From: Octopus sinensis
Taxonomy: Eukaryota
Direction: 5' to 3'
Assembly (NCBI RefSeq): GCF_006345805.1
Contig: NC_043012.1
Coordinates: 47,244,001 to 47,308,000, forward strand
Length of the DNA stretch: 64,000 bases
In this document: positions 11,705-24,520 of the stretch, one piece after another
Numbering within the stretch: position 1 is the first letter of the stretch
How the letters are laid out: each line of letters begins with the position of its first letter
Notes under the pieces: generated by a model
The model's input: only the letters and a program-made list of their open reading frames with translations
What the model was told of the DNA's origin: nothing
The model's database searches: none
Made by a program: the position numbers and the translations under genes

Positions 11705-11795
11705 TTTCAATCACATCGATCCCAGTGACCAAACTGTACTTAATTTATTGACTCCAGAATAATGAAAGGCAAAGTTGAACTCAGCATAACTTGAA
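11705..11795 (-). mobile_element. Degenerate SINE family A core fragment
   Basis: atcgatcccagtg...acttaatttattgactcc...atgaaaggcaaagttgaactcag. Confidence 0.55.
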
Positions 11796-12050
11796 GAAAT
11801 TTGCATAATAATAAAAGAAAAATTGGTTACTCCTATTTGTTATAAGGGGTGAAACTTGTGGCCTTGGAACAAATAAATAAGAAAAGGGCTACACGAACGA
11901 TAATACATTCTTTAAAAGTTAAAAATAGCCATAAAATGCATATAAAGTATAACACAAAAAATGATGGTAGTAACAATGTAGGGAGTATCTCGGCTCCTTC
12001 ACATGACTCCTGACTTTATCAACAAATTGAATGCAAGTTGTTTCCTCTAG

Positions 12051-12195
12051 ATCTTTTCTCCATCGTGCTGCCTCATTCGTTCGGTTTGGTCAATCATCTA
12101 TGACAATTTCATTTCTCTTATAAACCGGCTATATAGTCTATCATCCTTTGCTATTCGCACTTTCGTCTTGAAATGGCATTTCAAGTAGTTGGTAG
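12051..12195 (+). other. Candidate host exon containing a start codon (MAFQVVG...)
   Basis: Acceptor gttgtttcctctAG, donor tag|GTGAGT, ATG at 12173 in context gaaATGg. Splice-signal inference only. Confidence 0.22.
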
Positions 12196-15100
12196 GTGAG
12201 TGGCCTGAGTATTTCGATTACTGATTAATTTGCAGAGCGATTTCTATTCGATTTCTAAATGTAGTAAATATGTTCTGCTGGTCTTGAATTTATATAATTT
12301 CTACAGACATCTAGTAACATTATGTCGATGATATGCATAATGCTTTGAATAAATATTTTCGGGAAGTGTACTGAATTCACCTGTAGGGCTGGCTTTATTA
12401 GAATTTTATGCACTTTAATGAAAATATATCCATGATTGATGAGTATGTGATCACAAGTAATATATTTTTAAGAAGAGAAAATAAAAAAGTGGAGTACGCC
12501 TATATCAACATAATATTTATTTATTCTTCGTGCATAAGGAATATCTGACACCAGCTGAATTCGATTTAATATTTCAAATTACTTACCATCGACCATGACA
12601 CCGAAAGTTCTCTGAGAACAGCTAGCTAACAGCCAAATATATTGGAAACATAAAAGCATTAACGTCTCGTATCCTTTAATGCAAGTAGAGATTTTATAGT
12701 AAAAAATTAGCTACATTAATTGATGTATAAATGATTGCTTTGTGGATTTTGCGTATACTAATATTACCTTACGTTCACTTATAAATCAAATGGAGTTTTC
12801 AGATCTATTACATTTATAGGTAAATATCTATCAAGAACCTCCCCCAAACTAATAAGTTTTGCTTTACATTACTTCCCATAAATATTACCACTTCTCAAAA
12901 ATCGATAAAGCTACTTAATGTACATTTAATACCATGGTGCTCTTTATACAATGAGGCTGAGAGCACACTATTCAATATCTTACTCGCTCGACTAAGATTA
13001 TTTACTTTTTTATAGCTTTGCCGTTTGAGAGTAACCGCCAACAAATTTATTAATTAATACATACTTGATACTACTCAATTATATCTAGTTGACGCATAGT
13101 GAAGATGCTGAACACTTGAATTTAACAATCAAAGTATACTGATATTTAATAAATAAAATGAATTTATTACATCTTTAATTATAGGTTAATCCTTTTCAGC
13201 CGTGTCTAAATGTTTCAAGCTGCTGAGAGACTACATTTTTCAAGCAGTTTATTGTTGTATATACAGAGTACTGGATGTTGTCTCGGAGATAATAGTTTCA
13301 ATTTATTTCTAAAATATTGCTTAAACAGCTACCTCTTTAAATGGAGCAAAGTGAAGATTACTGTGTCAATTTGGGAAACTGTAAATGCTTAATTGGAGAT
13401 ATTTAAGTGTAATAATAGTATGTGTCGTAAGAAAAACTAAATGTAAAATACATTAATAGTATTGATTTTAGAATGTAACTCTGTTATACTACTACCGTAC
13501 GCAGTTTACTGGCTTTTCAACGACATTACACACTGAGACTAGAAATAGTAGAAATAATATAATTGCAACGCAATATACAAATATTTAACGGAAGCACTAA
13601 CGGTGCTTGTTAATATTGAACTCTGATTTTCCTTTCACGCGAGATACACATGTATATTCGCACAGATGTGTGCCTGTATGTACACGTGTGTATGTGTATG
13701 TATATATTTATATATACATATGAATATACACTTGAGTATTTAGTCTTATATACAGTAAGTTCGTGTATGTATTTACATATGCATATGTATATATATGTCT
13801 GTAAATGCAAGTATGTTTTTCGCTCTCGTTAAGTTTTACCTTTTAAACATCCTACTTAATCAGCATTCTGGAAATAAATTAACACTGAAAGAATTAAAAA
13901 TGGAAACAACAACATATGAGAAAAAGGAAACAAAATATATTTAGCCAAGTTAATGCGAAATACTAAGAGTTAAACATATTTCTTTGTTGTTTATGTGAAA
14001 TCTGCTGTCTTGATTGTAAATGTTATCAGTAAAATGCATAGTTTTGTCTATTTTAGTTTAGCCATCGTTGAAAATCTGTTTCCCGTTATGTCCTGTCAGT
14101 TAATTATAATGAATACAATTGTTAATCTTCCTGACAAAAATTAGAAATTACTCTCAAACTGATCGTTTAAATCCCTCTAAAAGAGAAGGAAAGGTAATTA
14201 TGTACCTGACAATATTTTATGAAAATGAAATGAATAATTCCTATAATCCATTAATGAGCATAAACTGTTACGTGTAATAAATATTTGCCAAAAATACCTA
14301 AGAATCATTATTGAATCAGCACATTATATGTAGTACGCAAGATTGAAATCACACTCGACTGCGGGGGTGACATCAATTATCAGTTCAAATTTATGTTTGA
14401 TCCTAATAAGTTAATTGCAGCAATTAATGATCATTATCTTCCTTTCTACTTGAAACATTAATCAGTTGAATCGATAGAAATAATAAATAAAAAAATAAAA
14501 GAAACCACCATATTCTGGCATATGCACACGACTCTTGCTTACATATATATGTATACACAAAATTATATGAAATCTAATAAATGTAACATATTTGAAAAAA
14601 ATATGATAAAATACAGAAACAAAATCAATTGCATACATCGTAACATACCACCAAATTTTATAAATAAGAAAATCCAATTTAGAAATCCAAGAAAATTCAG
14701 TCAACAGTTTTTTCTTCCATTAAAGAAATTTGTGGTTTTTGTTATATGTGAAAATTTTCGAAGGACATACAAGGTCATCAAAGAAACAAATTGATTTATC
14801 ATAATGTAATGTAAAAATTAGTAGATTACAATGGAAAGGCGCCGATGTTTCATAAATCTATTAACAAATTACATTGTCCGTTTCTTTATTTTTTTCTATC
14901 TTCTTATTCCTAATCTGGTCAATCATTCGTTTCTCTCTCACATTCAATACGTTTGTTTTTCTCTTAGTAATAATTTCTATAAATTTACTTACGTTTATAT
15001 ATGTGTGAATATTTTTGTATACCTTTGTATCAATGGGTAAGCTGAAATTGAGAAGCTTGTAGTATTTTGCATGCTCACGCATACAAAATTACGTTCACAT

Positions 15101-15319
15101 ACACTAGCAAATATCAAAATACGTATGTAGACAAGAAGAGAGATATAGAAAAATGTACCCAGCAGCATACATCAAGAAACATATTCAAAATTCAGATACA
15201 GATATTTCACCATCGAAAGAAATATATCTTTTCCAATTAAACGTTCAATCTCTTTTAATGTCAGTTTTTATGCAAATCTAATTTTAAAAATAAATATATT
15301 CAGTTGAACGTAATTCTAG

Positions 15320-15426
15320 ACATCTTACAACATAATTGTATATATACATATAAGCATATATGTATGTATGTACATAAATATATATACATATATATACATG
15401 TATGTACATGAATATATATCTATATA

Positions 15427-15464
<38 letters not shown>

Positions 15465-15686
15465 TATATACATATATATATGTATATATATAATATATAT
15501 ATATATTATATATATATATATATAATATATATATATATACATATATATACATATATATATATATACATATATATATGTATATATATATGTATATATATAT
15601 ATGTATATATATACACATATCAATATATACATATATATACATATATATATATGTATGCATATATATATATATGAATATATATATGT

Positions 15687-15730
<44 letters not shown>

Positions 15731-15748
15731 ATATATATATATATATAT

Positions 15749-15779
<31 letters not shown>
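15320..15779. repeat. Long interrupted (TA)n/(TACA)/(TATG) array
   Basis: Direct reading; left flank of the Tc1 element. Confidence 0.95.
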
Positions 15780-17400
15780 CAGTTGCGGCCAAAATGTTCA
15801 GAACGGCATTGTTTTCGTCAGAAAAGTAGGTATAAGTTTTTATTGAAGTTGTTTTAAATATTGAAGTTGATAAATACAATATTATTTGTTATTGTCTGAG
15901 ATTTCGGTGTAATGTGAGAGGATAATAAAAAAGTTACGGATGGTTTAGTGATTTACTGCAAAACCCATGGCGGCCAAAATGATCAGAACGGTTGCTTTTA
16001 CTCCATGTCTTAGTATATTTAACCGTCGAACTCTAATGTTTTGAATTTGTTTACGTGACAGTCCGTTTACTAAACATTAGTAAGAATATCTGCAGTGTAC
16101 TTTGTTAATATAATGCCACTTACTCTGTTAACAATTCGTCAGCAGATTATTAATCTTCGAAAGAAGGATAATTTAAGTATTAGGTCTATTGCAAATATTG
16201 GCAACAAGTCAAAAAGTGTTGTTCACGGTATTCGTAAGGTCTACGATGATTGTGGTTCGTGTGAAGCAAGAAAGTCTACAGGTAGGCCAAGAAAAACGAC
16301 CAAGAGCGAAGATCGTGCTATGGTAAAGTTGGTTAAAAATGACAGATTTATAGCTGCTGCTGCTGTTTTTCGGGAAATGAGCATTGTACTGAAGAAAACT
16401 TTATCTCCAAAAACTGTGTCTCGTCCTTTAGTTGAACATGACCTACAAGCAAGAGCACCTGCAGTGAAGCCACTGATCAGCTCCAAGAATAAAAAGTGTC
16501 GTCTTACCTTTGCAACCGAACATGTGTTTTGGTCTCAAGAAAAATGGCAAACGATGCATTTCAGTGATGAATCTAAGTCTATGTTATTTGGCTCAGATGG
16601 GAAAAGGTACGTTCGTCGAAAAGCAGGTGAAAAATTGTCATCTAAATGCCTTAAGACTAGTGTTAAATTCGGTGGAGGAAGTGCCATGGTTTGGGGGATG
16701 ATATCTGGATATGTTGTGGGTCTTTTGCTGCGATTACATGGAAAGGTAAATGCAGGAGTTTATAAACAACTTGTAAAAGATCATGTCTTGCCTGTGCTGA
16801 GAAATTCAACGAAGCGACCACCCATATTCATGCAGGAGAATGTCCCATGTCACAAGGCTAAGGTGGTCAGGAACTTCTTCAAGGCTGAAAAGGTTATTGT
16901 TATGGATTGGCCTGCTCAAAGCCCAGACATCAATCCTATTGAAAATGTGTGGAATATTCTAGGAGAACGTTTGAAAGCCAGAAATCCTAAAACAACCGAG
17001 CAATTATGGAATGCCTTTCAGGAAGAATGAAATAAGATCACCCAGCAAGAAATTGAAAATTTAATTTCCCCATGCAGTCAAAAATGTCAAACTTTCATTG
17101 AAGCTAAAGGGCTTCACACTAAATATGAAATAATTCCAGCATTCTCTGTTATTTTTGATTATTTTGTTATTTTTTTCAACCGTTCTGATCATTTTGGCCA
17201 CCATGGGTTTTGCATTAAATCACTAAATCATCCATAACTTTTGTATTATCCACTCCAATGAGACCACAATCTTAGACAATACCAATTACTATCGTATTCA
17301 TTGTCTGTGAAAATTATAGAATATAAAACTACTTTCATAAAAACTTATACTTACTTTTCTGACGAAAACAATGCCGTTCTGAAAATTTTGGCCGCAACTG
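15780..17400 (+). mobile_element. Full-length (1621 bp) Tc1-family DNA transposon with IR/DR ends, inserted at TA
   Basis: TA|cagttgcggccaaaat...attttggccgcaactg|TA; ~215-225-bp imperfect inverted repeats, each with two ~22-bp direct repeats (15785-15806, 15970-15991; 17180-17199, 17374-17395); internal transposase. Confidence 0.96.
16113..17130 (+). pseudogene. Tc1 (DD34E) transposase pseudogene
   Basis: HTH-GRPRKT, HFSDESK, GGGSAMVWG, QENVPCH (catalytic D replaced by E), SPDINPIE with 34 residues between; premature TGA at 17028-17030 followed by in-frame NKITQQEIENLI...EAKGLHTKY. Confidence 0.92.
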
Positions 17401-17477
17401 TATATATACATATATATATACATATACATATACATATATATAATATATATATATATATTATATATATATATATATAT

Positions 17478-17552
<75 letters not shown>

Positions 17553-17580
17553 ATATACGTATGTATATATACATATATAT
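17401..17580. repeat. (TA)n array
   Basis: Direct reading; right flank of the Tc1 element. Confidence 0.95.
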
Positions 17581-17584
17581 TCAG

Positions 17585-19225
17585 TATCATCATCATCATT
17601 TAATGACTCTTCTCCATGCTGGTGTGAGTTGGACGGTTTGACAGGCGCCGCCCAGCTGCAATGTTGCCCAGGCTCATATTATGTGTTTCAGTGTGGTTAC
17701 TATGGTTGGATATCTTTCCTTACACCTGTCATTTTGCAATGTGGGCTGGGTGAATCTAAAGTGTCCCTAGCCCTGATGCTTTATCTTGGTGCAGTCGCCT
17801 ACGATCCTACAGGACTAGGACCCCTCAGCTGGAAGAGAGAGAGAGAGAGAGAGAGAGTGAGAGGAACGTAGAATGCATGCCTGTCTCCATGGACGGTCGA
17901 ATTTACTTAGAAAGTGTCTTCTCAAGCACAATAAAACACCAGCACGTTCCTTTCCATCTTCCTTGTGAGGCCCAATTTTGGAATAACCTTTTGCACATCA
18001 TCCTACATATCCTTAATCTACCCCTTTACAAGTTCCCTCAATAATTCGAGATCGGCATATCTTGATGCATGTGTCCTCATTCATACGAATCACATGACCA
18101 TACTGGCTCAGTCGCCTTTCTCGCACGCTACAACTAATCGTACATGACATTCCCCATCCAACAAAGCATGCTGGCTTCATTTCTTTAAAGTCTTCGCGTG
18201 TCTCACTGCCATATAGCATAGCTTTTCGTACAAAGGCATCATACATTTTGCCTCTCACTCCCAGGGAGAGGCACTTACTAACAAAAGTAACAGCTCTCTG
18301 ATCTATGCCTATACTGTTCTTATTCTAGCAGCTACTCTTTGAAATCTACCTCCTTCGCTGCTAACTTTGTCATCACAGTAACAGCAATTATCTATTACCT
18401 CCGTAATTATTTCTGCCGAAGGCGTCACCATTATTTATGCAGCAGTTAACTCTATAGTTGCTATACACCACTCATTGGGTACGACAACCCAGTTTAGACG
18501 TGATTAATTATACAGGTGACTAGGCTGTGCCTCCACACACTGCCAGATATTTCATGCATCACAGCGGTTATTCCTGATGGGACGGGGATTTGTCATGTAT
18601 TCACATCCTTAATTGCATTTTCTGCTAAGCAAATGTCAATTCGGATAACGTGGAACCTCCGTTGGATCCACGTTAGGCAGGCCCTCCTTCTACCATGCAC
18701 TCTGTAATTCTTTTTATCAACCATTCTTAGCGGCACTTCTAAGCCTTCTTCTTTTCAGAACCACTAACAGTGAGTCATCATCCATGAGAACGCATGTCTG
18801 TCTTATAAAATCACGGTTGTTGGTCCATACGCCACAGAATATTGCCAAACATCTTCCTTTCTGCTATTCTCATGGGTAAGTACACCTGTCTTCCAGCTAC
18901 CCTTCTAGCTTCCTGATATAGTTCTGTGCTACCATCGATCTTCCAGTCCTCCCAAGCATGTTTATTCGCTTTAATGGGATTGGATACTACACTGTTCCCC
19001 CACCGCATCAATCTAGGTCTGGCTGGGACTTTGCACCAACCAGATATTTCGTCTCTGACACTCAGTAAGTTTTCTCGTAAGAGCTTCCAGTTGTACTCTG
19101 CGTTACATGTCCGTAATGCCTCCTCCTCATTAAATTTATCGATTAGGACGTCTCTAAGTATGTGATTATTCAGAGGATCCTGGAGCTTCTAAATTTTCAC
19201 ATTACCATTTTCCTGAACCATCGAT
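17585..19225 (-). mobile_element. RTE-clade LINE remnant (deleted, degenerate)
   Basis: Minus strand RGKMYDAFVRKAMLYGSET and RERRLSQYGHVIRMNEDTCIK (post-RT RTE motifs); (GAT)n 3' tail at 17586-17600. Confidence 0.75.
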
Positions 19226-19436
19226 AAATTCATATGGTAAATACCTTATACTTACAGGTAGAATTTAGCTTCACTATCACCGATGGAGTTAATACTTTAA
19301 ATCCAAGCGAAACTATCTTGCTGGTATCATGTCCAACCCGCTGTGGGGCGGTTATCTCCCCTCTCAGTATATAAACAATGTGGCCATAAGTGATTTGAAT
19401 CTTGTTTCTAGCAACGTAGTTGCTACCCTGCACCAT

Positions 19437-19504
19437 CAGTCTCTCTCTCTCTCTCTCTCTCTTTCCCCCCTCTCTCTCTCTCCCTCCCTATATACATATA
19501 TATA

Positions 19505-19547
<43 letters not shown>

Positions 19548-19555
19548 ATATATAT

Positions 19556-19587
<32 letters not shown>

Positions 19588-19588
19588 A

Positions 19589-19622
<34 letters not shown>

Positions 19623-19690
19623 ATCTATATACATACACACATAGACAGAGAAACAGGCGCATGCACACACACATGCGCGCGCATATGCAT
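19437..19690. repeat. (CT)n(TA)n(TG)n compound microsatellite
   Basis: Direct reading. Confidence 0.95.
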
Positions 19691-19879
19691 ATGATGGCTG
19701 TCCCCTCATAACCCGGGAACAGCACCAGTGACCGCTAAGAACATTCTCCACATTCTGATAAACTTTTACATCACACTTGTGGCTCCGCTGTTAACTAATA
19801 TGCCCAGTTCTTGATGGAGAGACATGTCCTCTGACATTTACAGACCACCGTTCTCCCATTCACTACAATGGTGGAGCAT

Positions 19880-19990
19880 TTTCAAACAATTCTTAAAGCC
19901 CTCCATGGAAAATGCGTGCTTTTAAAGAAAATATCCACTTCATCCCTTGAATGAAAGAACTTGCAGAAGAAGGTTGGCAAAATTTTTAAA
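19880..19990 (+). mobile_element. Short mariner transposase fragment
   Basis: LNERTCRRRLAKF matches MNERTCRRWCSKF of the mariner at 23247-23528. Confidence 0.45.
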
Positions 19991-20714
19991 GAAAAATCCA
20001 CTCTATCCCTTATTCCCTTACTCCTTTCTTCCATTTGTGGCGATGACAAGCATTGCTTTTTCAACTAACGTCCCATATTACACATACCTCCAACGAGGGC
20101 TTCACTGGATCCTAAAAGCGTTATCTTGGTTTCCCCTGGGTGTGATTTCCGCAAACAAATTTGCAATATAGCCTTTGTTTGGGGATGATTTGATCATACA
20201 TCTGGACAAGGTGTCTTGCCCAACGTAAGCGTCTCCACTTAATACCCCCGTGTCAAGAGTTCACAAGGACCATTCAAATTCATGATGTGTGCCATCTCAG
20301 ATGGAAGTTTTGAAGGACATTGACATGATACCTATAAAGGGCTCATGTTTAATAGGAATAAACAAACGACGTAACCTCACTCTTTTACTTTTCGTGTGAT
20401 GACACGTAGCGGCCAGAATCGACACCCGACAACTTTGAAGAAATCAAAACTTTTCTGAAGCTTTTCATCATCTATGGAGCAAGAACCTGGAACAATCTAT
20501 GGAGCAACTCCTGAGTCTAAATTAGTTGGAATGTGCCTAAATAGGATCAATGAGTAAAAAGATGATCTAAAAATGTGGCGGAGAATTTGCCGTTATGAAA
20601 ATATGTTGCTCATATATTTGAAATATCTGAGCAACATATTTTCATATATAACATATATATAGAGTCTTTGTGAAAGTATTAGTATGAGTATCTATTTAAA
20701 ATAACCAATAGTAC

Positions 20715-20908
20715 TCTCTTTTATTTTTACTTGTTTTAGTCATTTGACTGTGGCCATGCTGGAGCACCGCCTTTAGTCGAGCAAATCGACCCCAGGACTT
20801 ATTCTTTGTAATCCGAACCGCTAAGTTACGGGGATGTAAACACACCACCATCGGTTGTCAAGCGATGTTGGGGGACAAATACAGACACACACACATACAT
20901 ACATACAT

Positions 20909-20959
<51 letters not shown>

Positions 20960-21117
20960 CGACGGGCTTCTTTCAGTTTCCGTCTACCAAATCCACTCAC
21001 AAGGCTTTGGTCAGCCCGAGGCTATAGTAGAAGATACTTGCCCACGTTGCCATGCAGTGGGACTGAACCCGGAAACATGTGGTTCGTAAGCAAGCTACGT
21101 ACTACACAGCCACTCCT
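20715..21117 (-). mobile_element. tRNA-derived SINE family B (CORE-like centre, internal (TA/TG)n)
   Basis: Reverse complement aggagtggctgtgtagtacgtagcttgc...gggttcagtcccactgcatggcaacgtgggcaagt...; homologous to 33341-33750 and 50910-51360. Confidence 0.9.
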
Positions 21118-21429
21118 ACCTAGCAGTCAATTCAATCGTAACCGGTTATTTGCAAATCTTTGACGCGAAGTCACGATGCTGCGAATATATCTTTCCTATT
21201 AAACTACTTACAAACAGCAAGTGTTTCAAATAAATGCCTAACGTTATGGATATATTTTTTGGCCTTCATTGTGTTTTTCCTAAGTCTTATGCATTGTGCT
21301 TTCTGTTAAATATATATTTACCTCTATATATACGCGTGTGTACATACACACACGCAGTTAACTGCATACGCACATACATATGTACATACATAAGTGCAAA
21401 TATATAACAAAAACCTGATGCATAGAAGG

Positions 21430-21990
21430 GTAAACACCAAAAACACCTACGAAGACCTTTGGAGTTAGCACCAAAGATAACATGTTATGTCTATGTAAAA
21501 GACCTAATGTTGTGGCCAGGACACTGTATGAGACCCGTCAGAAGGATAATCCTGAGGCGAAAGAAAGAAGAGCCCAGTGTATGGTAAGGACCATAGCTAT
21601 TCCTAATAAAAAAGAAAAATATTGGTGGAATGTCCTAGTGAAAACCTCAATAAAATGTAAACATAACAGACTTGACGTTGATCTGGGACAGAAGAAAGAA
21701 ACTGTGTGTAGTAGCGGGAGTCAGCTACTCAGTAGAAGTTAACACATGGCTACAGATCAGCGGAAGAGAAAATACCTACGATGCACTATGGAGAAATCGA
21801 CCGTTATTCTCCGCAGATTACAAGTTCAGGTTTGCACCAGCAATTATTGGGTCACTGAGAAATCTAATATTTTCTAAGTACCAATCTTCAGAAATTAGAC
21901 TTTCCAGAACCAGAGAAGAGAAAGCTGATTCTAAGACAACAGATCCATGTAACTATGAAAATTTGTAAAATTTTATGCTTCATCATTTAG
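21430..21990 (+). mobile_element. 3' fragment of another RLE-type non-LTR retrotransposon ending in (TA)n
   Basis: VVARTLYE, EKYWWNVLVKTSIKCKHNR(P)D, IWDRRKKLCVV, DYKFRFAPAIIGSL, KICK C-terminus. Confidence 0.7.
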
Positions 21991-21996
21991 GTATAT

Positions 21997-22041
<45 letters not shown>

Positions 22042-22046
<5 letters not shown>

Positions 22047-22294
22047 TTATTAGAGACAAAACCACTATTTTGCAAAACAAACAAGGAAAGACTTAATCAA
22101 TACATAAAATTTTAATAAATAGTAATTTGACTATTTATTAAAATTTTATGTATTGATTAAGTCTTTCCTTGTTTGTTTTGCAAAATAGTGGTTTTGTCTC
22201 TAATAATATTTTATAATATTTTACTATAAAATTGGATTTAATCCTAAATCTGATTTTTTTCCCTGTAAATTTGGATTTATTCCCTAATATTTAT

Positions 22295-22299
<5 letters not shown>
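22042..22299. repeat. Fold-back element: perfect 82-bp inverted arms (22042-22123 / 22130-22211), 6-nt loop, ~88-bp unique extension, (TA)n on both sides
   Basis: Arms checked as exact reverse complements; loop aatttg. Confidence 0.95.
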
Positions 22300-22374
<75 letters not shown>

Positions 22375-22385
22375 ATATATATATA

Positions 22386-22449
22386 TGTTATTATCATTTT
22401 TTTAAATTATTATATTGGATAATAATAGAATTAATGACACCTTCGTGAA

Positions 22450-22493
<44 letters not shown>

Positions 22494-22569
22494 ATATATA
22501 TATTAATTCACGAAGGTGTCATTAATTCTATTATTATCCAATATAACAATTTTAAAAATGATATTAACA
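22386..22569. repeat. Inverted repeat (~69-bp arms) centred on a (TA)n tract
   Basis: ttatattggataataatagaattaatgacaccttcgtgaattaata is mirrored at 22501-22546; the outer ~23 bp differ at a few positions. Confidence 0.9.
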
Positions 22570-22769
22570 GAATCAATGACACAGGCGATAGCAGGATACA
22601 AAATAGCATTAAATAGCTGAGGGATTCAAATTAATCAAAGGACATACTAGGTATGTCAACCTGCTTGAAATAACAGTCAGAACTCTTATTATTAAATCGC
22701 CGGTGAAAAACTACAGAAATCAAACGAAGGCAAAATCAGGTTAGGATAATCTACTAACATACTGCCGAA

Positions 22770-23808
22770 GTTATGTCCTCCAAATGCTTCTGTAAACTAC
22801 GAAACAAATAGTAGTCTGAAGGCGCATCGTCGGGAGAATAAGGTGGTTGACGAATTTTTTCCCAACCAATCTCTTCGATCTTTGCAGCGTGGGGTCGCGC
22901 ATTGTCTTAATGAAACATCACTCCATATCGATCCTCTAAAGCGGGTCGTTTTTCTTCAAAGTTTGGTTCAAACGATCTAATTGCTGACAGTACACTTGAG
23001 CATTGACTGTTGCATTAGGTGGTAACAATTGAAAATGAATTACGCCATTGCAATCCCACCAGATAAAGAGAAGAACCTTTTTTCCATGAAGGTCCTTTCT
23101 CGGTTGTGGTTGAGCTTTTTCCCCTTTTACCAAGTCCCTGTTTACGACGTTTAACACTTCGGTAGAAGATCCATTTTTCGTCACCTGTCACAGCTCTATC
23201 CAAAAAGGGTGAAATGAGTTCACGAGAATGGCGAGAAGAGCAGATGTCAACTCGGGATTTGAGGTTTGTTTTCGGACAATTCATGAGGCACACATTTTAC
23301 AAGTTTGGTAATATTTCCAAGTTGGTAAAGATGACGATGAACAGTTGTGTGGTTTGAACTAAGCTTTATTGCCAATTCTTCAACTGATATTGCAGGATCT
23401 TCTACAAGTAATGCCTCAAGGAGCTTATCATGAAACTCAACTGAACGTCCTGTTCGATCTTCATCTTCAAGGCTGAAATCTCGACTTCTGAATTTTGAAC
23501 ACCATCTTCTGCAAGTTCTTTCATTCAAGCATGAGTGTATGTTTCGAGTTGCTTCGGCACAGAGTTCCCTTTATTGTACTCATAAAGCATTATGTGCCTC
23601 AAATGCTCTTTGGATACTGACATCTTAGAAAGGGTTCTAATCAAAGAAATTTTATTTCTATTATTCTGTAAAATAACATCTAATTAGTTTAAATGTACAC
23701 AAATGCATAAAGATAATTTTTAATTCCATTAGACATTCTAAAATACTTTGAATTTCATTCTATTTAAAAAAAAAGGTAAACTCGGACAGAACTTATGGGA
23801 TGACCTGA
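22770..23808 (-). mobile_element. mariner (DD34D) transposon, degenerate, one TIR retained
   Basis: TIR tcaggtcatcccataagttctgtccga at 23782-23808; KEHLRHIMLYEY, NERTCRRW, VTGDEKWIFY, LHGKKVLLFIWWD, DNARPH, PPYSPDDAPSDYYLFRSL. Confidence 0.9.
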
Positions 23809-23888
23809 TGCAGTTTTTGTTCGGACTCTGTATATATATATAAATATATTTGTGTGTGTGTGTGTATGTGTGTGTGTTTATGTGTATG

Positions 23889-23924
<36 letters not shown>

Positions 23925-24299
23925 GAGAATGCATATGTTTTTATACGCATATTTGTGCGTCTTTATTATATATATATATATATATATAATATATATATAT
24001 ATATAAACGCTAACGCACACATATGTGCGTATGTATTAATCTTTTATTCGGGTACACACACTGTAGTAAGTCGTTTAAATTTATATGCGCACATGCGTAG
24101 CATACTACGACTACTACCAAAATGAATTGTAATAGAAATAAAGGAAACGGAGGTTAAAAATCGAGCTACTTTTTGATAAGTCAAATGCAAGGCACGTCTT
24201 TTGTATAGCATCTGACTCGCGAAGAACCGGTGCAAGATTGGTCGAAACGAATTCCATATTTTCGTCTCATTTTCTCATATACTTTAGTATATTTGCATA

Positions 24300-24520
24300 C
24301 CTTTTCTTTTTTGTTTTATACTTTTGACAGTAACCGAGATTGCGACCGTGCTGGGGCATCACGTTGACGGGTTCAGCCGAACATATCGAAGCAAATGCGT
24401 ATTTTAATCTAGTCAGGTACTTATTCTAACACTTTATTCTGGCGAACCGCTGTATCACGGGGTAGTAAAGAAATCAAAATCGATTTGCAAGCGGTTTTCA
24501 TATATGGGAACATAGAAGAA
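24300..24520 (-). mobile_element. Degenerate 3' half of SINE family B
   Basis: gcgaccgtgctggggcatcac...gccgaac...aggtacttattct...gcgaaccgct resembles the 3' half of the family B copies. Confidence 0.45.

Noticed and set aside
13200-13313. Acceptor-preceded segment VSKCFKLLRDYIFQAVYCC
   Set aside because: No strong donor, unrecognised peptide; AT-rich open frames of this size occur by chance.
20000-20400. TE-like coding debris on the minus strand (RRLRWARHL, QDNA)
   Set aside because: The motifs are in different frames and their order is inconsistent; no family could be assigned.
20800-20830. ~30-bp internal deletion in the SINE B copy relative to 50910-51360
   Set aside because: A single post-insertion deletion; nothing suggests a subfamily.
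22614-22662. Hammerhead-like ctgaggg-att-caaatt-aat-caaa-ggacatactaggtatgtc
   Set aside because: It lacks A9 and G12 of the catalytic core, and no stem I pairing follows the GUC; at best a fossil.
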